DNA of 32,000 nt from Candidatus Saccharimonadota bacterium (GTDB lineage: Bacteria; Pseudomonadota; Gammaproteobacteria; Enterobacterales; Enterobacteriaceae), in assembly GCF_014857065.1 (NCBI RefSeq), contig NZ_CP046533.1:570001-602000 (forward strand). The letters are read 5' to 3'. Each line of letters starts with the position of its first letter. The first letter of the stretch is position 1. Positions 8,264 to 19,420 of this stretch are shown here, piece by piece. The notes beneath the pieces were generated by a model, which saw only the letters and a program-made list of their open reading frames with translations, did not search any database and had not been told where the DNA came from. Both the position numbers and the translations under genes were made by a program.

Positions 8264-10369
8264 ATGGGTCGGGTAACGCCTATTATACATTATCGTAATA
8301 TTGGTATTAGCGCACATATAGATGCTGGTAAGACTACCACTACTGAGCGTATTTTATTTTATACAGGAGTAAATCATAAGCTTGGAGAAGTTCATAATGG
8401 TTCTGCTACTATGGATTGGATGGCTCAAGAACAAGAGCGAGGTATTACGATTACATCTGCTGCTACTACTTGTTTTTGGTCTGGTATGTCTAAACAGTTT
8501 CAAATTCATCGTATTAATATTATAGATACTCCAGGTCATGTAGATTTTACTATAGAAGTAGAACGTTCTATGAGAATATTAGATGGCGTTGTGATGGTTT
8601 ATTGCGCTGTTGGAGGCGTGCAGCCTCAATCAGAGACTGTATGGCGTCAGGCAAATAAGTATAGGGTTCCACGTATTGCTTTTATAAATAAAATGGACCG
8701 TATGGGTGCTAATTATTTACGTGTTGTAGATCAGCTTAAAACTAGATTATCTGCTAATCCTGTACCTATTCAGTTAGCTGTTGGTGCAGAGGATAAATTT
8801 ACTGGCGTAATTGATTTAGTTAAGATGAAAGTTATTTATTGGAATGAAATAGATCAGGGTGTTAGTGTGCGTTATGAGGAAATACCGGATCATTTAAATA
8901 TTTTAGCCGAAGAATGGCATCAGTTTTTATTAGAATCTGTAGCTGAAAGTTCTGATGATTTAATGGATAAATATTTATCCGGTAAAATTTTGACAGAAGA
9001 AGAAATAAAATCTGGTTTACGACGTCGTGTTTTAAACAATGAAATTACTTTAGTAACTTGTGGTTCAGCTTTTAAAAATAAGGGCGTGCAAGCTATGTTA
9101 GATGCTGTCATTGAATATTTACCTTCTCCTGTGGATATTGTATCTGTAAAAGGAGTTATGGAAGATCGTTCAACTAACACAGAACGACGTTCTAGTGATG
9201 ATGAACCGTTTGCAGCCTTGGCTTTTAAAATCGCTAATGATCCTTTTGTAGGTAATTTAACTTTTTTCCGTGTGTATTCAGGAAAGATTAATACCGGAGA
9301 TATTGTTTTAAATCCTTTAAAGGAAAAACGTGAGAGACTTGGTCGTATTGTACAGATGCATGCTAATAAACGTGAGGAAATAAAGGCTGTTTGTTCTGGA
9401 GATATTGCTGCAGTAATTGGTTTGAAAGATATATCTACAGGGGATACATTATGTGATCCTTCTGCACCGATTATTCTTGAGCGCATGGATTTTCCGGACC
9501 CGGTTATTTCTGTTACAGTGGAACCTAAAACTAAAGTTGATCAAGAGAGAATGAGCCTGTCATTGAATAAGTTAGCTCAAGAGGATCCTTCTTTTCGCGT
9601 GTTAGTTGACAGAGAATCTGGTCAAACTATTATTGCGGGTATGGGAGAATTGCATCTTGATATTTTAGTAGATCGCATGCGTAGAGAGTTTAATGTTGAT
9701 GCCAGTGTAGGTAAACCTCAAGTGGCATATCGTGAAACTATTCGTTCTACTGTTATACAAGAAGGTAAATTTATTCGACAATCTGGTGGTCGAGGGCAAT
9801 TTGGACATGTATTATTGCGTATAGAACCTATGGAATTAAGTGGCAAAGGATATGAATTTTTAAATGAAATAGTAGGGGGAGCAGTTCCTAAAGAATACAT
9901 ACCTGCTGTTAATAAAGGTGTTCAAGAGCAGATAAGTAATGGTATTCTGGCAGGATATCCTATTATAGGTGTTCGTGTAGCTATTATTGATGGCTCTTAT
10001 CATGAAGTTGATTCGTCGGAGATAGCGTTCAAGATCGCAGGATCCATAGCGTTTAAGGAAGCTTTTATGAAAGCTCAACCAGTTCTTTTAGAACCTATCA
10101 TGAAGGTTGAGGTTGAAACTCCTGGTTGTTATATGGGAGATGTAATTGGTGATTTAAATAAACGTCGCGGTATAATTAGTGACGTAGAGAATATTAATGC
10201 GAATACGGTAGTTTATGCTAAAGTGCCTTTATCTGAAATGTTTGGTTATGCAACTAAATTGCGTTCTCAAACTCAGGGTCGTGCTTCTTATTCCATGGAA
10301 TTTTTTAAGTATAATGAGGCACCATATGGCATAACTCAGGGTATTGTGGAATCGCGGAAAGTTCAGTAA
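8264..10369 (+). CDS. fusA: elongation factor G
   Basis: 701-aa ORF with SD ggagaagg upstream. G-domain motifs [17 protein letters not shown] and NKMD are present, and it is colinear with E. coli EF-G. Confidence 0.98.
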   Translation: MGRVTPIIHYRNIGISAHIDAGKTTTTERILFYTGVNHKLGEVHNGSATMDWMAQEQERGITITSAATTCFWSGMSKQFQIHRINIIDTPGHVDFTIEVERSMRILDGVVMVYCAVGGVQPQSETVWRQANKYRVPRIAFINKMDRMGANYLRVVDQLKTRLSANPVPIQLAVGAEDKFTGVIDLVKMKVIYWNEIDQGVSVRYEEIPDHLNILAEEWHQFLLESVAESSDDLMDKYLSGKILTEEEIKSGLRRRVLNNEITLVTCGSAFKNKGVQAMLDAVIEYLPSPVDIVSVKGVMEDRSTNTERRSSDDEPFAALAFKIANDPFVGNLTFFRVYSGKINTGDIVLNPLKEKRERLGRIVQMHANKREEIKAVCSGDIAAVIGLKDISTGDTLCDPSAPIILERMDFPDPVISVTVEPKTKVDQERMSLSLNKLAQEDPSFRVLVDRESGQTIIAGMGELHLDILVDRMRREFNVDASVGKPQVAYRETIRSTVIQEGKFIRQSGGRGQFGHVLLRIEPMELSGKGYEFLNEIVGGAVPKEYIPAVNKGVQEQISNGILAGYPIIGVRVAIIDGSYHEVDSSEIAFKIAGSIAFKEAFMKAQPVLLEPIMKVEVETPGCYMGDVIGDLNKRRGIISDVENINANTVVYAKVPLSEMFGYATKLRSQTQGRASYSMEFFKYNEAPYGITQGIVESRKVQ

Positions 10370-10444
10370 TAATTTGGATCTTGATTTTGGCTTGAATATT
10401 TTAAATTTTAATATATAAATAATATATAAATTGGGGGTGTATTC

Positions 10445-11629
10445 GTGTCTAAAGAAAAATTTCAACGTACAAAATTTCATGTTAATGTTGGTACTATTGG
10501 TCATGTTGATCATGGAAAAACGACTTTGACCTCAGCTATTACGACTGTTTTAGCTAAAGCTTATGGCGGTAATGCACGTGCTTTTGACCAAATCGACAAT
10601 GCGCCAGAAGAAAAAGCTCGTGGGATTACTATCAATACTTCACATGTTGAGTATGATACTCCTAGTCGTCATTATGCACATGTTGATTGTCCTGGACACG
10701 CTGATTATGTTAAAAACATGATTACTGGTGCTGCACAAATGGATGGAGCTATATTAGTTGTTGCTGCTACTGATGGACCTATGCCTCAAACCAGAGAACA
10801 TATTTTGTTAGCTCGTCAAGTGGGTGTACCTTACATTATTGTTTTTATGAATAAGTGTGATATGGTGGATGATAGTGAGTTGTTAGAGTTAGTTGAAATG
10901 GAAGTACGAGAACTTTTATCTCAATATGATTTTCCTGGTGATGATACTCCAATTATTCGTGGTTCTGCACTTAAAGCGTTGGAAGGAGATAAAGTATGGG
11001 AGGAAAAGATTTTTGAATTATCTAAGGCCCTCGACGATTATATACCTGATCCACAAAGGCTTATTGATAAGCCGTTTCTTTTGCCTATAGAAGATGTATT
11101 TTCAATTTCTGGCAGAGGGACTGTGGTTACTGGGAGAGTGGAAAGTGGTATTATTAAAGTTGGTGAAGAAATAGAAATAGTTGGCATTAGAGATACAGTT
11201 AAGACTATTTGCACTGGAGTAGAGATGTTTCGTAAATTATTGGACGAAGGACGTGCTGGCGAAAATATTGGTGTCTTGTTGCGCGGCACTAAACGTGATG
11301 ATGTTGAGAGAGGGCAAGTGTTAGCAAAACCAGGTTCAATAAAACCTCATTCTCAATTTGAATCTGAAGTTTATATTCTAGATAAAGAAGAAGGTGGTAG
11401 ACATACCCCATTTTTTAAAGGATATCGTCCTCAGTTTTATTTTCGTACTACAGATGTTACTGGAACAATTGAGTTGCCTGGTGGTGTAGAAATGGTGATG
11501 CCTGGTGATAATATTAGAATGATGGTCCATTTAATTGCTCCAATTGCTATGAATGATGGGTTACGTTTTGCTATACGTGAAGGTGGTCGAACTGTTGGCG
11601 CTGGAGTGGTGTCTAAAATAATTTTATGA
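10445..11629 (+). CDS. tuf: elongation factor Tu
   Basis: 394-aa ORF starting at GTG, with a G-rich SD upstream. [27 protein letters not shown] and the rest are near-identical to E. coli EF-Tu. Confidence 0.98.
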   Translation: MSKEKFQRTKFHVNVGTIGHVDHGKTTLTSAITTVLAKAYGGNARAFDQIDNAPEEKARGITINTSHVEYDTPSRHYAHVDCPGHADYVKNMITGAAQMDGAILVVAATDGPMPQTREHILLARQVGVPYIIVFMNKCDMVDDSELLELVEMEVRELLSQYDFPGDDTPIIRGSALKALEGDKVWEEKIFELSKALDDYIPDPQRLIDKPFLLPIEDVFSISGRGTVVTGRVESGIIKVGEEIEIVGIRDTVKTICTGVEMFRKLLDEGRAGENIGVLLRGTKRDDVERGQVLAKPGSIKPHSQFESEVYILDKEEGGRHTPFFKGYRPQFYFRTTDVTGTIELPGGVEMVMPGDNIRMMVHLIAPIAMNDGLRFAIREGGRTVGAGVVSKIIL

Positions 11630-11802
11630 GATATTTATGGTGTAAAACAATAATATTTATTTAGTTCTTATGAATACTTGACATTTAGTGCTTTTTGCTT
11701 TTTATCAGAAAATTTTGAATGGATGTATTGGTTTAAATTTTTTATTCCTTTTCTTCCGCGGATAAAGGGGTTGGTATATTAAAAGTTGCGTAGAATTTAT
11801 TT

Positions 11803-12177
11803 ATGAATAAATATAGAAATTTTAGAAAAATGCTTTATTTAAAAATAATCAGTTGGTCAAGTGTTTTATCATTATTTATATTAGTGCTTTTGTGTAATTA
11901 TTTTTTTATTAATTTTGTTTCTTTGTTAGTCGTATTAGATATTTTATATATTATTGTATTTTTTATTTTTTTCTTTCAAAGAACAGCAAAAGGTTTGGAG
12001 TTTATTTCATTTGTGCGTGCTGCTAAGATGGAATTAGATAAGGTTGTTTGGCCAACAAAGCGAGAAACTATACAAACTACTTTAGTGGTAGCTGTTGTTA
12101 CTGTTATAGTATCTTTGTTATTGTGGGGATTAGATAGTGTTTTGGTTCGTTTTATTTCATTAACTTTAAGGTTGTAA
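11803..12177 (+). CDS. secE: preprotein translocase subunit SecE
   Basis: 124-aa ORF with three hydrophobic segments. The C-terminal part, [50 protein letters not shown], matches E. coli SecE. The exact start is uncertain because there is no clear SD. Confidence 0.88.
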   Translation: MNKYRNFRKMLYLKIISWSSVLSLFILVLLCNYFFINFVSLLVVLDILYIIVFFIFFFQRTAKGLEFISFVRAAKMELDKVVWPTKRETIQTTLVVAVVTVIVSLLLWGLDSVLVRFISLTLRL

Positions 12178-12178
12178 G

Positions 12179-12727
12179 ATGGTTGACGTTGCATCTAAAA
12201 AACGGTGGTATGTAGTGCAGGTTTATTCTGGTTTTGAAGGTCGTGTAGCTCGTTCATTACGTGAATATATTAAATTGAGTAATATGAATGATCTATTTGG
12301 TGAAGTTATGGTTCCAACTGAAGAAGTTGTTGAAATACGTAGTGGTCAACGACGCAAAAGTGAAAGGAAATTTTTTCCTGGGTATGTTTTAGTTCAAATG
12401 ATTATGAATGAATCTAGTTGGCATTTTATAAAAAAAATACCGCGTGTTATGGGCTTTATTGGTGGCGCTCCCGATCGGCCATCTCCTATTGGTGATAAAG
12501 AACTTCATTCTATCATGAATAAGTTGCAACAAGCTGGAGAAAAACCCAGACCAAAGACATTATTTGAACCAGGGGAGTTAGTTCGCGTTAATGATGGTCC
12601 TTTTGCTGATTTTCACGGTGTAGTAGAACATGTAGATTATGAAAAGAGTCGTTTAAAGGTATCTGTATCAATTTTTGGTCGTTCTACTCCTGTAGAACTA
12701 GATTTTGTTCAAGTTGAAAAATGTTAA
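12179..12727 (+). CDS. nusG: transcription termination/antitermination factor NusG
   Basis: 182-aa ORF starting 1 nt after the secE stop. [18 protein letters not shown]...[10 protein letters not shown]...[17 protein letters not shown] is colinear with E. coli NusG. Confidence 0.97.
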   Translation: MVDVASKKRWYVVQVYSGFEGRVARSLREYIKLSNMNDLFGEVMVPTEEVVEIRSGQRRKSERKFFPGYVLVQMIMNESSWHFIKKIPRVMGFIGGAPDRPSPIGDKELHSIMNKLQQAGEKPRPKTLFEPGELVRVNDGPFADFHGVVEHVDYEKSRLKVSVSIFGRSTPVELDFVQVEKC

Positions 12728-12850
12728 TCCATTTTAGTTTTATGTTGTTGATATTAATTATAGGATTTTGACATTTTATTATTAGGAATTAAAGAATAAA
12801 GTAAAGTAGTTTTGATTTTTTGTTTTACTTTTTAAGCAAAATGAGGTCTT

Positions 12851-13282
12851 ATGTCTAAAAAAATACAGGCTTTTGTGAAATTGCAAATTGGAGCGGGTGC
12901 AGCAAACCCAAGTCCTCCTATTGGACCCGCTTTGGGACAACATGGCGTTAATATTATGGAATTTTGTAAAGTTTTTAATAAAAAGACAGAACATATAGAA
13001 TTAGGTCTTCCTATTCCTGTTGTTGTTACTGTTTATTCTGATCGTTCTTTTGTTTTTATTATTAAAAGTCCACCGGCGTCTATTTTGTTGAAAAAAGCTG
13101 CTGGTATTAAATCCGGTGCTAGTACGCATAAAGATGGTAAGGTTGCTGGTACAGTTACTATTAATCAGGTTCATGAGATTGCGAAAATTAAGTCAATTGA
13201 TATGACAGGATCAGATTTGAATGCTGTATCACGATCTATCATGGGAACCGCTCGTTCTATGGGTTTATTAATAGAGAATTAG
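12851..13282 (+). CDS. rplK: 50S ribosomal protein L11
   Basis: 143-aa ORF with SD gagg upstream. [31 protein letters not shown] is the L11 signature. Confidence 0.97.
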   Translation: MSKKIQAFVKLQIGAGAANPSPPIGPALGQHGVNIMEFCKVFNKKTEHIELGLPIPVVVTVYSDRSFVFIIKSPPASILLKKAAGIKSGASTHKDGKVAGTVTINQVHEIAKIKSIDMTGSDLNAVSRSIMGTARSMGLLIEN

Positions 13283-13286
13283 TATA

Positions 13287-13994
13287 ATGATTAAATTAAG
13301 TAAACGGATGAAACATTTACGTAGTAGATTTAGTTCGTTAAGTGATTATGATTTAATGACAGTTATTGGCTTTCAACAAAAAATGTCCAGTATCAATTTT
13401 GTAGAAAGTGTCGATGTAGCTGTAAACTTAGGTATTGATGCTCGTAAGTCAGAACAAAATGTTCGTGGATTTGTTCTATTACCACACGGTAGTGGTCGTA
13501 ACGTGCGTATTGCTGTATTTACTCAGGATGTTGATATAGAGCATCGTGTTAAGATTGCTGGGGCTGACGAAGTAGGCATGTTCGATTTAGCTGATAGAAT
13601 TAAAAATAAGAATTGTCAGTTTGATGTGATAGTTGCTTCTCCAGCTGCAATGCCTTTAGTGGGTAAATTAGCTCCAATATTAGGTCCTAGAGGGTTAATG
13701 CCTAATATTAGAAATGGTACTATTTCTCAAAATATAGTTGAAAGTGTTAAGAATATTAAAATGGGACAAATATGTTATCGTAATGATAAAAGTGGTATTA
13801 TTCATGTTACTATAGGTAAAATTAGTTTTACTCCTGAACAATTAAGAGAGAATTTAGAAGCTTTAATCATTGCATTGAAAAAGAATAAACCAATTCAATC
13901 TAAGGGAGTTTTTATTAAAAAAGTTACTCTTTCTAGTACTATGGGTATAGGAATAGCTATAGATAAAAGTAGTTTACCTATTATAACCAATTGA
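13287..13994 (+). CDS. rplA: 50S ribosomal protein L1
   Basis: 235-aa ORF. FVESVDVAVNLGIDARKSEQNVRG and LGPRGLMPN match E. coli L1. It starts 4 nt after rplK. Confidence 0.97.
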   Translation: MIKLSKRMKHLRSRFSSLSDYDLMTVIGFQQKMSSINFVESVDVAVNLGIDARKSEQNVRGFVLLPHGSGRNVRIAVFTQDVDIEHRVKIAGADEVGMFDLADRIKNKNCQFDVIVASPAAMPLVGKLAPILGPRGLMPNIRNGTISQNIVESVKNIKMGQICYRNDKSGIIHVTIGKISFTPEQLRENLEALIIALKKNKPIQSKGVFIKKVTLSSTMGIGIAIDKSSLPIITN

Positions 13995-14168
13995 TTTATT
14001 GTTTATTTTGTATATTGCCTTTTATTTTTATAGAATGAATTCATAAAATGTTAGTTTGTTAGGAGAAGTTACGTTTTTAAAAATTATTTTGTTCAGTTTA
14101 ATCATGTGAGGTTGTTTGTTATTATGTTTGAGTTTTGTTGTTTTTTAATTTATTTTAAGTGAAATTTT

Positions 14169-14660
14169 ATGATATTAAGTATTCCAGATAAACAAAGGAT
14201 TGTTTCTGAAGTTCGTGAAATAGCAAGAGTTGCTGTGTCTGCTGTTTTAGCAGATCCTAGTGGTTTGAAAAATAATGAATTGGTTGAATTGCGTCAAGAA
14301 AGTCGAAAAAAGAATGTTTATATACGTGTAATTCGTAATTCTTTATTATCTAAAATAGTACATGAAACTTCTTTTGAATGCTTAAAAGATTTTTTTTCTG
14401 GTCCTACTTTAATTGGTTTCTCTGTTAGAGAAGCAAGTGATGTTGCTCGTCTTTTTCAAGATTTTAGTAAACTTCACGAAAATTTTAAAATTAAAGTTGC
14501 AGTTTTTGAAAAAAATATTATTGATGCATCTCATATTGATATCTTATCTAGCTTACCTACTTATTTGGAAGGAATTACTAGATTAATATTTTTTATTAAG
14601 GAATCGACTATTGTTAAGTTAATTCGTGTATTATCCTTAATTGCAGAACAAAAAAAGTAA
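14169..14660 (+). CDS. rplJ: 50S ribosomal protein L10
   Basis: 163-aa ORF colinear with E. coli L10 (DKQ.IV.EV, VYIRVIRNSLL, FECLKD.F.GPTLI, LPTY), in the conserved rplKAJL order. It is more diverged than its neighbours. Confidence 0.9.
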   Translation: MILSIPDKQRIVSEVREIARVAVSAVLADPSGLKNNELVELRQESRKKNVYIRVIRNSLLSKIVHETSFECLKDFFSGPTLIGFSVREASDVARLFQDFSKLHENFKIKVAVFEKNIIDASHIDILSSLPTYLEGITRLIFFIKESTIVKLIRVLSLIAEQKK

Positions 14661-14730
14661 TTATTTTTTACGATTTTGATTGATATTATAAATTTTTATC
14701 CAAATGTTTAATTTTTTTTAGGAATTATTT

Positions 14731-15099
14731 ATGTCTCTTACTAAAGAAGAAATTTTAGATGCTGTTTCCGAAATGTCCGTGATGGATGTTGTTAAATTGA
14801 TTTCTATGATGGAGGAGAAGTTTGGTGTTTCAGCTACTTCTTTTACGTTACCTACTGCTCCTGTAGTCGAAGAAGTTGTTGAAGAAAAAACTGAATTTGA
14901 TGTTGTATTGACTGCTATTGGTTCTAACAAAATTGCTGTTATTAAGGCTGTACGCGGTGCTATTGGTTTAGGGTTAAAAGAGGCTAAAGATTTAGTTGAA
15001 TCTTATCCTGTTATCCTTAAACAAGGGATAAATAGTAGTGATGCAGATATTTTAAAAAAAAACTTGGAAGTAGTCGGTGCTTCTGTTGAAATAAAGTAA
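14731..15099 (+). CDS. rplL: 50S ribosomal protein L7/L12
   Basis: 122-aa ORF with SD aggaa upstream. The flexible hinge and the C-terminal domain [24 protein letters not shown] match L7/L12. Confidence 0.97.
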   Translation: MSLTKEEILDAVSEMSVMDVVKLISMMEEKFGVSATSFTLPTAPVVEEVVEEKTEFDVVLTAIGSNKIAVIKAVRGAIGLGLKEAKDLVESYPVILKQGINSSDADILKKNLEVVGASVEIK

Positions 15100-15312
15100 T
15101 ATCAAACTAATGTAATTTTGTTTGTTGTTATTGTCTTTAGGTAATGGTTCTGGGTGTTTTGTTTCGTTGTTGTTTTTAAATGTATTTATTTATTAATATT
15201 TGTCCGTTTTGTTCTAATGGTACAAATTTAGAATTAGTTTATTGTTAGGTATTAAATGTTTTAAAATATGATTCCTAATTTTATTTGATTTTACAGATTG
15301 ATGAGGAAGGGC

Positions 15313-18300
15313 ATGGTTTATTCTTATACTGAGAAGAAACGTATACGTAAAGATTTTGGAAAACGTCCCCAAGTTTTAGATATTCCTTATCTTCTTTCTG
15401 TTCAGTTAGATTCTTTTCAAAAATTTATTGAGCGAGATTCAGAAGGTCAACATGGGTTAGAGGCCGTTTTTCATTCTGTTTTTCCTATATGTAGTTATAA
15501 TGGTAATGCTGAATTACAATACATTAGTTACCGTTTAGATGAACCAGTGTTTGATGTTAAAGAATGTCAAACTCGCGGTATTACTTTTGCAGCTGCCCTT
15601 CGCGTAAATATTCGTTTAGTTGTTTTTGAACGTGAAGTTTCATTAAATCAAGGTAAGAATATTAAAGAACAAGAAGTGTATATGGGAGATATCCCGCTTA
15701 TGACAGACAATGGGACTTTTATTATAAATGGTATTGAACGCGTAGTTGTATCTCAATTACATCGTAGTCCTGGTGTATTTTTTGATAGTGATAAAGGAAA
15801 AACACATTCTTCAGGCAAAGTTTTATATAATGCACGTGTTATACCTTATCGTGGTTCGTGGTTGGACTTTGAATTTGATCCTAAAGATAATCTTTTTGTT
15901 CGCATTGATCGTAGAAGAAAATTGCCAGTAACTGTTCTTCTACGTGCATTAGGTTATAGTACTCAACAGATTCTGGATATATTTTTTAATAGAGTTGTAT
16001 ATGAATTAAATGGTGATGATTCTGTTTATATGGAGCTACTTCCTGATAGGTTACTTGGTGATACTGCATCGTTTGATATTGAGTGTAATGGAATAATTTA
16101 TGTTAGTAAAGGTCGCCGTATTATCTCTCGACATATTAGAGAACTTAAAAAAGATAATATTAAAAAAATTAAGGTGCCTGTTGAATATGTTGTTGACAAA
16201 GTTGTTATTAAGGATTACGTGAATCCAATTTCTGGCGAACATATTATTTCTGCTAATACATCTATATCATTAGAAGCAATATCTAAATTAAAGCATGCAG
16301 GATTTAGAAGATTAGAAACTATTTTTACTAATGATTTAGATCATGGTGATTATATTTCTAAAACTTTGCGTATTGATTCTACTCATGATCGCTTGAGTGC
16401 ATTGATAGAAATTTATCGTATGATGCGTCCAGGCGAGCCTCCTACACGTGAAGCAGCAGAATCTTTATTTGAGAATTTATTTTTTTTGGAAGAACGTTAT
16501 GATCTTTCTGTGGTTGGCCGTATGAAATTTAATAGGTCGTTACAAAGAGATACTATTGAAGGCAAAGGTGTTTTAAGTGAAAACGATATCGTTGATGTAA
16601 TTAAAAAACTTATTAATATTCGTAACGGTAAAGGTGAGGTAGATGATATTGATCATCTTGGTAACAGACGTATACGTTCTGTAGGTGAGATGGCAGAAAA
16701 TCAATTTCGTATTGGTTTAATTCGAGTCGAACGTACAGTAAAAGAACGTTTATCATTAGGTGATTTAGATTCTTTAATGCCTCAAGATATGATAAATGCT
16801 AAACCGATTTCTGCCGTTGTAAAGGAATTTTTTGGTTCTAGTCAATTATCTCAGTTTATGGATCAGAATAATCCCTTATCGGAAATAACTCATAAACGTA
16901 GAATTTCTGCATTAGGTCCTGGTGGATTAACTAGGGAGCGTGCTGGTTTTGAGGTACGTGATGTACATCCTACTCATTATGGACGCGTTTGTCCTATTGA
17001 AACTCCTGAAGGACCAAATATTGGACTAATTAATTCATTATCTGTATATGCGCGAGCTAATGAATATGGGTTTTTGGAAACTCCATATCGTTTAGTTTAT
17101 AATGGGATTGTTACTGATGAGATAGAATATTTGTCTGCTATTGAAGAAGGAAAATTTGTTATTGCACAGGCTAATGCTAATCTTGATCAAAGTGGTCGTT
17201 TTACTGATGAATTAGTAACTTGTCGTCATAAAGGTGAATCTGGTTTGTTTAGAACAGATCAGATTGATTATATGGATGTCTCTACTCAGCAGGTGGTTTC
17301 GGTAGGTGCATCTTTAATACCTTTTCTTGAACATGATGATGCTAACAGAGCTCTTATGGGTGCTAATATGCAACGACAGGCAGTTCCTACTTTACGTTCT
17401 GAAAAACCATTGGTAGGTACTGGTATGGAGCGCGCTGTTGCTGTAGATTCTGGAGTTACTGTAGTAGCTAAAAGGGGTGGTTGTATTCAGTATATGGATG
17501 CATCACGTATTGTTGTGAATGTTAATTCTGATGAAATTTGTTCCGATGAATCAGGTATTGATATTTATAATTTGGTTAAATATGTTCGCTCTAATCAGAA
17601 TACTTGTATTAACCAGACACCTTGTGTTCAATTAGGCGAGTTTGTAGAACGAGGAGATGTATTGGCAGATGGTTCCTCTACTGATTTAGGTGAGTTAGCG
17701 TTAGGTCAAAATATGCGTATTGCTTTTATGCCATGGAATGGTTATAACTTTGAAGATTCTATGTTAATATCAGAGCGTGTAGTGCAAGAAGATCGTTTTA
17801 CGACAATTCATATTCAAGAATTATCTTGTATTTCTCGTGATACTAAATTAGGTTCAGAAGAAATTACTGCTGATATTCCTAATGTTGGTGAAGCTGCTCT
17901 TTCTAAATTAGATGAATCAGGTATTGTATATATTGGAGCGGAAGTAGTTGGTGGAGATATTTTAGTGGGTAAAGTTACTCCTAAAGGAGAAACTCAATTA
18001 ACTCCAGAAGAAAAGTTGCTGCGTGCTATTTTTGGTGAAAAAGCTTCTGATGTTAAGGATTCTTCATTAAGGGTACCTAATGGTATGTGTGGTACTGTTA
18101 TAGATATACAGATTTTTACTAGAGAAGGAGTAAAAAAAGATAAGCGCGCATTAGAAATTGAAGAAATGCAATTGAGGCAAATTCAAAAGGATTTAACTGA
18201 AGAATTAAAGATTATTGAAGATGGCTTGTTTTTTCGCATTTGTGAGATTTTGATTTCTATAGGTATAAGTAAAGATTATTTATTGAAAAAACCTCGCGCT

Positions 18301-19341
18301 GATTGGTTTAAGATACATATAGATGATGTAGAAAAAAATAAAAAATTTGTTGAATTAATAAAACAATATTTTGATTTACAAAGTGTTTTTAAACGTAAAT
18401 TAGAGTTAAAACGTCGCAAGATTATTCAAGGAGATGATTTAGCTCCTGGTATATTAAAGATTGTAAAGGTGTATTTAGCTGTAAAACGTCAAATACAGCC
18501 AGGTGATAAAATGGCTGGTCGTCATGGTAATAAAGGTGTTATTTCTAAAATTAATCCAGTTGAAGATATGCCTTATGATATAAATGGCGTTCCAGTTGAT
18601 ATTGTGTTAAATCCACTAGGTGTTCCATCTAGAATGAATATTGGTCAAATCTTAGAGGCTCATCTTGGAATGGCTGCTCGAGGAATTGGTGATCAAATCA
18701 ATAAATTGTTGCAACAGCACAAGGATATTGATCAATTAAGAAAGTTTATACAGCAAGCTTATAGTTTAGGTAAAGATTTACGTCAACATGTAGATCTTAG
18801 TCTTTTTTCTAATGATGAAGTAAGGATATTAGCAAAAAATTTAATAGGTGGTATGCCAATTGCTACCCCGGTGTTTGATGGTGCGCATGAAAATGAGATT
18901 AAGGATTTGTTAAAACTGGGTAATTTGCCAACTTCTGGACAAATAACTTTATTTGATGGTTGTACAGGAGAAAAGTTTGAACGTCAGGTTACTGTTGGCT
19001 ATATGTATATGTTAAAACTTAATCATTTAGTTGATGATAAGATGCACGCTCGTTCAACTGGTTCTTATAGTTTAGTGACCCAGCAGCCATTAGGAGGTAA
19101 AGCTCAGTTTGGTGGTCAACGTTTTGGAGAAATGGAAGTATGGGCATTAGAAGCATATGGAGCTGCTTATACCTTACAGGAAATGCTTACTGTTAAATCA
19201 GATGATGTTAATGGTCGTACTAAAATGTACAAAAATATTGTTGATGCAAATCATATAATGGAGCCTGGTATGCCAGAATCTTTTAATGTTTTATTAAAAG
19301 AGATACGTTCATTGGGTATTAATATTGAATTAGAAGATTAA
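15313..19341 (+). CDS. rpoB: DNA-directed RNA polymerase subunit beta
   Basis: The ORF track opens at TTG 15298. ATG 15313 ([23 protein letters not shown]) matches the E. coli RpoB N-terminus exactly and has SD aggaagg upstream. It is colinear to the C-terminus ([10 protein letters not shown]). Confidence 0.98.
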   Translation: MVYSYTEKKRIRKDFGKRPQVLDIPYLLSVQLDSFQKFIERDSEGQHGLEAVFHSVFPICSYNGNAELQYISYRLDEPVFDVKECQTRGITFAAALRVNIRLVVFEREVSLNQGKNIKEQEVYMGDIPLMTDNGTFIINGIERVVVSQLHRSPGVFFDSDKGKTHSSGKVLYNARVIPYRGSWLDFEFDPKDNLFVRIDRRRKLPVTVLLRALGYSTQQILDIFFNRVVYELNGDDSVYMELLPDRLLGDTASFDIECNGIIYVSKGRRIISRHIRELKKDNIKKIKVPVEYVVDKVVIKDYVNPISGEHIISANTSISLEAISKLKHAGFRRLETIFTNDLDHGDYISKTLRIDSTHDRLSALIEIYRMMRPGEPPTREAAESLFENLFFLEERYDLSVVGRMKFNRSLQRDTIEGKGVLSENDIVDVIKKLINIRNGKGEVDDIDHLGNRRIRSVGEMAENQFRIGLIRVERTVKERLSLGDLDSLMPQDMINAKPISAVVKEFFGSSQLSQFMDQNNPLSEITHKRRISALGPGGLTRERAGFEVRDVHPTHYGRVCPIETPEGPNIGLINSLSVYARANEYGFLETPYRLVYNGIVTDEIEYLSAIEEGKFVIAQANANLDQSGRFTDELVTCRHKGESGLFRTDQIDYMDVSTQQVVSVGASLIPFLEHDDANRALMGANMQRQAVPTLRSEKPLVGTGMERAVAVDSGVTVVAKRGGCIQYMDASRIVVNVNSDEICSDESGIDIYNLVKYVRSNQNTCINQTPCVQLGEFVERGDVLADGSSTDLGELALGQNMRIAFMPWNGYNFEDSMLISERVVQEDRFTTIHIQELSCISRDTKLGSEEITADIPNVGEAALSKLDESGIVYIGAEVVGGDILVGKVTPKGETQLTPEEKLLRAIFGEKASDVKDSSLRVPNGMCGTVIDIQIFTREGVKKDKRALEIEEMQLRQIQKDLTEELKIIEDGLFFRICEILISIGISKDYLLKKPRADWFKIHIDDVEKNKKFVELIKQYFDLQSVFKRKLELKRRKIIQGDDLAPGILKIVKVYLAVKRQIQPGDKMAGRHGNKGVISKINPVEDMPYDINGVPVDIVLNPLGVPSRMNIGQILEAHLGMAARGIGDQINKLLQQHKDIDQLRKFIQQAYSLGKDLRQHVDLSLFSNDEVRILAKNLIGGMPIATPVFDGAHENEIKDLLKLGNLPTSGQITLFDGCTGEKFERQVTVGYMYMLKLNHLVDDKMHARSTGSYSLVTQQPLGGKAQFGGQRFGEMEVWALEAYGAAYTLQEMLTVKSDDVNGRTKMYKNIVDANHIMEPGMPESFNVLLKEIRSLGINIELED

Positions 19342-19420
19342 TTTATGTTCATATGTTTTAATAAATTTACAGGTTAGGTATTATAATATTTAAATAGGTT
19401 GTATTTTATAGGAAGTGTTT

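Noticed and set aside
8354-10513. Five antisense ORFs (60-188 aa) inside fusA and the fusA-tuf junction (8354-8539, 8920-9486, 9718-9900, 9860-10078, 10229-10513)
   Set aside because: They lie opposite a highly conserved gene, and no family is recognisable. Long antisense frames are common when a gene avoids certain codons. The 188-aa frame is Ser/Ile/Lys-rich with no motifs.
10893-12994. Short ORFs within or antisense to tuf, secE/nusG and the rplK leader (10893-11090, 11038-11289, 11976-12194, 12782-12994)
   Set aside because: They overlap conserved genes in alternative frames. They have no SD and no recognisable domains.
15198-15227. Imperfect hairpin in the rplL-rpoB spacer as a candidate attenuator or RNase III site
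   Set aside because: The stem is 8 bp with a bulge, is A/T-dominated and has no following U tract, so it is indistinguishable from chance.
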